A DNA stretch of 64,000 nucleotides from Octopus bimaculoides (lineage: Eukaryota). A program made the position numbers and the translations under genes. Positions 63,197-64,000 of the stretch are shown in pieces. The DNA lies in assembly GCF_001194135.2 (NCBI RefSeq), contig NC_068981.1:120892242-120956241 (forward strand), written 5' to 3'. Each line of letters begins with the position of its first letter. The first letter of the stretch is position 1. Under the pieces are notes generated by a model. That model worked only from the letters and a program-made list of their open reading frames with translations, did no database searches and was not told the DNA's origin.

Positions 63197-64000
63197 CAGG
63201 GTGCGATGGGTAAATTGTCACTATTTTATACTTTTCATTTTGTGCATGCACATTGTTTTTGATTTTGTTGACTATACAGTATAGTAGGATCAGTTGGGCA
63301 CTGACTGTGAGAAAAACTGCACCATTATGCAGTTCACTCTACAAGAAATTTGGAAACAACATGCTGTACTGCTTGGCATTTCACAATATTTGGGTGTCAA
63401 TCTGAAGACAGTGCAATCTGAAGACAGTGCAATCTGAGGACATGTACCAAGAGTGATAAAAATCAAACATCCAGTCAACATCATGGTGTTTGGAGTGAGC
63501 ACTAGTGAAGGTGATGTTATGCCTCCATTTGTCTTCCCACACGGCCTCAGACTCAATACGGAGGCCTACATCAAATGCCTGGTGGAGGTAGTGCTACCCT
63601 GGGTGAAGAGGGTGGCTGCTGGAAGACCCTATGTCTGCCAACAGGACCCTGCACCATGCCACACAAGCAGGAGAACCCAGACATAGCTGTCAGACAATTT
63701 CTGCAACCACATCACCCCTAACATCTGGCCACCTAACTCCCCAGATTGCAACCCCCTTGATTATTGTGTGGGGTGCAGTTGAGTGAGAGACCAACAAAAC
63801 TCCTTGTAACACCAAAGGATTATGGCAGCATTCAACAACTTAAACAAGGAGACCATCCAGAAGAGTTGTAGGAGGTTCTGAAGCCATCTGGAGGCTGTGG
63901 TTGAAGCCAATGGCGATTTTATTGAATAAATTTACTCTTTAGTATTTCAAGATATTTTAATGCAATTTTTGGTAAACATATTTGTTAAAATGAGATGTCA
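63197..64000 (+). mobile_element. Degenerate, internally deleted Tc1/mariner transposon (maT/DD37D-like)
   Basis: Starts at TA|CAGGGTGCGATGGG. It encodes KHPVNIMVFG...VLPW...QQDPAPCHT...WPPNSPDCNPLDYCVWG with stops and frameshifts, and continues past the window end. Confidence 0.82.

Noticed and set aside
58850-64000. Search for the next LRR exon
   Set aside because: No segment with an acceptor, phase-1 LRR pattern and donor was found; it probably lies beyond the window.

Overview
AT-rich, repeat-dense animal genomic DNA from a gapped draft assembly (14 N-runs). The SINE/LINE families look like those I associate with Octopus (inference). There are no rRNA, tRNA or CRISPR loci. The whole window lies inside one + strand gene. 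I could splice eight internal coding exons in frame with canonical AG/GT ends: 5545-5754, 25042-25125, 34637-34750, 38497-38824, 41767-41832, 52955-53031, 56126-56200 and 58688-58849 (about 371 codons; start and stop lie outside the window). The peptide contains two SHP boxes, an exact VIM motif split across a splice junction, a poly-His/Gln tract, an Elongin BC-box with a Cul2-box-like segment, and then leucine-rich repeats. This suggests an uncharacterised protein linking Cullin-RING substrate recognition to p97/VCP (inference). The introns hold tRNA-derived SINEs, RTE and R4/Dong-like LINE fragments, mariner, maT, hAT and pogo DNA elements, and several long fold-back structures. They also hold a set of hammerhead-ribozyme motifs, two of which share a non-canonical CCGANGA core in otherwise unrelated sequence.
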